NCBI GenBank assembly: GCA_964404925.1
Contig: CAYOLW010000001.1
Location: 105,408-169,407 of the forward strand
Length of the DNA: 64,000 nt
Direction: 5' to 3'
From: an uncultured Candidatus Saccharibacteria bacterium
Lineage (GTDB): Bacteria > Patescibacteriota > Minisyncoccia > Phycocordibacterales > UBA9973
Shown here in pieces: positions 61,785 through 64,000 of the stretch. Numbering within the stretch: position 1 is the first letter of the stretch; each line of letters starts with the position of its first letter. Both the position numbers and the translations under genes were made by a program. The notes below the pieces were generated by a model. The model saw only the letters and a program-made list of their open reading frames with translations. It did not search any database and had not been told where the DNA came from.

Positions 61785-61876
61785 GGAGACGTGTCAGAGT
61801 GGTCTAACGTACCTCTTTGCTAAAGAGGCAGGGGCTTCAAAACCCCTCGGGAGTTCGAATCTCCCCGTCTCCGCCA
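61785..61876 (+). tRNA. Class-II tRNA-Ser(GCU)-like gene with encoded CCA and a non-canonical D-arm
   Basis: The acceptor GGAGACG/CGUCUCC and the G73-CCA end are perfect. The anticodon stem is CCUCU/AGAGG with loop UUGCUAA. The variable arm is GGGG-CUUCAAAA-CCCC and the T-arm is GGGAG-UUCGAAU-CUCCC. No standard 3-4 bp D-stem can be drawn; the D region instead folds as a 6-bp stem with a 4-nt loop. Confidence 0.55.
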
Positions 61877-61960
61877 GAATTGACACATATATTTTATTGT
61901 GTTATTAATAAAAGAGATACACCTTTGTTTTTTTCACCTTTTAACCTTTTCAGTTTTCAG

Positions 61961-62111
61961 CATGAAAGGTACATTAATATTTTGCACCCTCGCTCTCGCT
62001 GCCTTATCTTTTATTGGCAAAATCGCTTTGCGTAGAAAGAAAAATTCTTCCATAAGAGAAGAACCGACGGATAATACTGGCACATTTATAGGGAGCGCAG
62101 GGCCCCAATAA
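61961..62111 (+). CDS. Small putative secreted or membrane peptide (49 aa) with a signal-peptide-like N-terminus
   Basis: MKGTLIFCTLALAALSFIGKIALRRKKN.... It is followed by a hairpin at about 62139-62166. Confidence 0.3.
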
Positions 62112-62183
62112 CAAAAAAACATTCAAAAACATTTAGCGGCCCACCTTCGGTGTCCGCTTTTTTATTTATGTTATAATTCCGAA

Positions 62184-62675
62184 ATGGAAGAAGAAATGTT
62201 AAACAGAAAGCAAAATCGTTTGTATTCTATATTTAAAAAATTACAAAAATTATTACACAAGACAAAAATACTTAAATACCCAGGTCGGCAGCCGTACCAT
62301 GTGGGGTGGTTAGCTCCGGGCAAATCTTTGGGTGACCTCAGGTTGTATTTGCATGCTAACTGGGGTTTCGGTGGTAAATTCATGTCTTTTGAGGATGCCG
62401 AGCAGGTTTTGAGTTGGCGTAAAATAGAACCACATGGTGGACAGTATCATATACGAGTTTTCAAAGACGGAGAAATTCGCGGTCACTATGAAAAAATGCC
62501 AGAAACTGGAGTGCTTGAACATCTGTCCGAGAGGGGTCAGCATGAAGCAAAAGAAGATTTTGTTAAATTCTTAGGGGACTGTATGGTAGAGAAAAAACAT
62601 TTGTCCAATATAACCAGAGACCCAAATGCTCTTGAACCAGAAGCTGAGATTCTGGAACCTAGTGAGCAAAAGTAA
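62184..62675 (+). CDS. Hypothetical protein
   Basis: An ORF of 163 aa. No family recognised. Confidence 0.4.
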   Translation: MEEEMLNRKQNRLYSIFKKLQKLLHKTKILKYPGRQPYHVGWLAPGKSLGDLRLYLHANWGFGGKFMSFEDAEQVLSWRKIEPHGGQYHIRVFKDGEIRGHYEKMPETGVLEHLSERGQHEAKEDFVKFLGDCMVEKKHLSNITRDPNALEPEAEILEPSEQK

Positions 62676-63306
62676 AAGCAATTACTTTTCGGGCACCATG
62701 TTTCTTTAAAGTTTTTTTAGCCTCGGCTAGTGTAGCCCCTGTAGTGGTTACATCATCTATCAATATAATATTTTTGCCTTTAACTAATTCCTGATTAGTG
62801 ATAGTAAATGTGTCTACTAGGTTTCTCATTCTTTCAGTTTTATTCTTGATGCGTGCTTGGTGTTCTGTTTCTCGAGTTTTTACTAAAGCATTATATATGG
62901 GTTTAAAATTAGTATTTTTGTCTAACTTCATTAACTCTCTTACTATTATTTCTGTTTGATTATATCCACGCTCGCGGAGTCGTTTTCTGGACAAGGGGAT
63001 GGGTATTATATATGGTTCACGAAAATTTTCTATTAAGTATAAATCTGATAAAGTTGGCAGCATAATACTGTATATTGATAGGGCTATAGTCTCAGCAAGT
63101 ACTTTACAGTGTTTGTATTTCAAGAACCAAACTATTTTTTTAATTTTTGCATCGCGATAGTCATAAACAGAAAATATCCATTCCAGGTTTTCTCGTTCAG
63201 CCGGCCGGCATTCTGAAATACACTTCCTGCATACAGCACCTTGTTTTCCACAGAAAAGACACCTCAATGGTAGTAGTATGTTTAATATAGCGTCTAATAT
63301 TTTCAT
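62659..63306 (-). CDS. comF: ComF-family protein (competence-associated, phosphoribosyltransferase-like)
   Basis: The N-terminal zinc finger reads CLFCGKQGAVCRKC. The C-terminal PRTase motif reads IILIDDVTTTGATL. The start is the internal ATG at 63306, to avoid overlap with pilM. Confidence 0.75.
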   Translation of the reverse strand: MKILDAILNILLPLRCLFCGKQGAVCRKCISECRPAERENLEWIFSVYDYRDAKIKKIVWFLKYKHCKVLAETIALSIYSIMLPTLSDLYLIENFREPYIIPIPLSRKRLRERGYNQTEIIVRELMKLDKNTNFKPIYNALVKTRETEHQARIKNKTERMRNLVDTFTITNQELVKGKNIILIDDVTTTGATLAEAKKTLKKHGARKVIAFTFAH

Positions 63307-63343
63307 TATGCTATAATTATAAAGCATTTTAGCAAGATCAATT

Positions 63344-64000
63344 ATGGATATTTTTAAGAAAATTTTTGGCACCGCTTCATCGATGATGGGCGGAGGGCAA
63401 GGGGATGCAGCACTTGGGATAGATATAGGCACGTCAGCTATCAAAGTCGTAGAAATAAAAAAGAAAGGAGGTAAAGCCATGCTTGAAACATATGGTGCAA
63501 TTTCTCTTGGCCCGTATGCTGAAATGGATATGGGGAAGGTGACAAATCTAAGTGAAGAAAAAATAGCCGAAGCGCTCAAAGAAGTATTAAAGCAATCAAG
63601 TGCAATGACCAAAAGCGCAGTTGTGGCGATACCTGTTCAATCAAGTTTGATTTTCAATATTGCTTTGCCTCCGCATGTGAATCCAAGTGAGATGGATCAG
63701 GTGATTAGAACCGAAGCACGTAAATACATACCGGTACCAATGGATGAAGTAAGTTTAGATTATTTCGTACTTCCAGAAAAAGAACCTTCCTTTGAAGAAT
63801 CTAACAATCCAGATCACATAGAAGGTGCCAAGCATACTGAGGTCCTATCAGTAGCCATTCAAAATGAAGCAGTAAATCGTATACGCAATATCACCACTCA
63901 AGCCGAAGTTGAATCTTCGGAAATGGAAGTGGAGATTTTCTCTTCAATCAGGGCGAATTTTGAACACGAGCTTTCTCCTGTATTGTTGGTTGATTTTGGT
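63344..64000 (+). CDS. pilM: Type IV pilus assembly ATPase-like protein PilM (actin-like), N-terminal part. The gene runs off the window end.
   Basis: The translation MDIFKK...ALGIDIGTSAIKVVEI... is an actin-fold phosphate-1 motif typical of PilM. Confidence 0.7.
   Translation, partial: MDIFKKIFGTASSMMGGGQGDAALGIDIGTSAIKVVEIKKKGGKAMLETYGAISLGPYAEMDMGKVTNLSEEKIAEALKEVLKQSSAMTKSAVVAIPVQSSLIFNIALPPHVNPSEMDQVIRTEARKYIPVPMDEVSLDYFVLPEKEPSFEESNNPDHIEGAKHTEVLSVAIQNEAVNRIRNITTQAEVESSEMEVEIFSSIRANFEHELSPVLLVDFG

Noticed and set aside
61785-61876. Possibility that the plus-strand tRNA is tRNA-Sec (selC). It has a 6-bp/4-nt D-arm, and a CUUCAAAA loop resembles the Sec anticodon loop.
   Set aside because: The CUUCAAAA hairpin occupies the variable-arm position, not the anticodon-arm position. 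The true anticodon hairpin carries GCU. The acceptor stem is 7 bp, not 8 bp. No selenoprotein machinery is evident. I kept it as a Ser(GCU)-like gene with an atypical D-arm.
62184-62675. The 163-aa protein could be a nucleotidyltransferase or defence-related protein, since it lies next to comF and pil genes.
   Set aside because: There are no convincing catalytic motifs (no GS…D.D pattern). It was left as hypothetical.
1-64000. CRISPR arrays or cas genes.
   Set aside because: No regularly spaced direct repeats with unique spacers were seen anywhere in the window. The only repeats are the tandem RR gene duplication, the terminator-loop motif and palindromic terminators.

Overview
This is a low-GC window of about 64 kb. 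Its gene content looks like a Patescibacteria/CPR-type genome: the large ribosomal-protein cluster has no L30 and no L29, L15 is truncated, and no L1/L10/L12 genes follow rplK.

Core content: t6A genes (tsaD and a tsaC-tsaE fusion), murB, secE-nusG-rplK, dcd-folA-thyA, a DEAD-box helicase, rpmB, rpsL-rpsG, fusA, a MacAB-like efflux system, tuf, and the S10/spc/alpha-type ribosomal cluster from rpsJ to secY (interrupted by internal terminators and promoters). Downstream is a nucleotide-kinase cluster (archaeal-type cmk, adk, archaeal-type pyrH, map, yjjX, ndk), then infC-rpmI-rplT, ftsH, recG, a soluble histidine kinase with two tandem receiver-only regulators, three tRNAs, tmRNA with smpB, comF, and the start of pilM.

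The most notable feature is an AT-rich accessory island of about 8 kb (roughly 46.35-54.5 kb). It abuts the 3' end of the tmRNA gene and ends in a large serine recombinase whose ORF runs into the tmRNA 3' end. Its cargo is defence-like: an XRE-HTH/ImmA-IrrE metallopeptidase paired with a DUF4411 PIN-like protein, and a tightly linked Abi-alpha-like::Nudix fusion gene followed by a KAP-family P-loop NTPase. I propose the latter pair as a candidate, possibly undescribed, abortive-infection or defence module.

Other oddities are a Bacteroidota-type T9SS type-B C-terminal sorting domain protein with no recognisable start or signal peptide; a 928-aa TraD/VirD4-like ATPase inside the core map-ndk cluster; tRNAs with unusual features (Ile-UAU, Ser with an ACU anticodon, Ser-GCU with an atypical D-arm); a conserved loop motif shared by two terminator hairpins; and a recurring extended -10 promoter motif, ATCTGCTAATAT.
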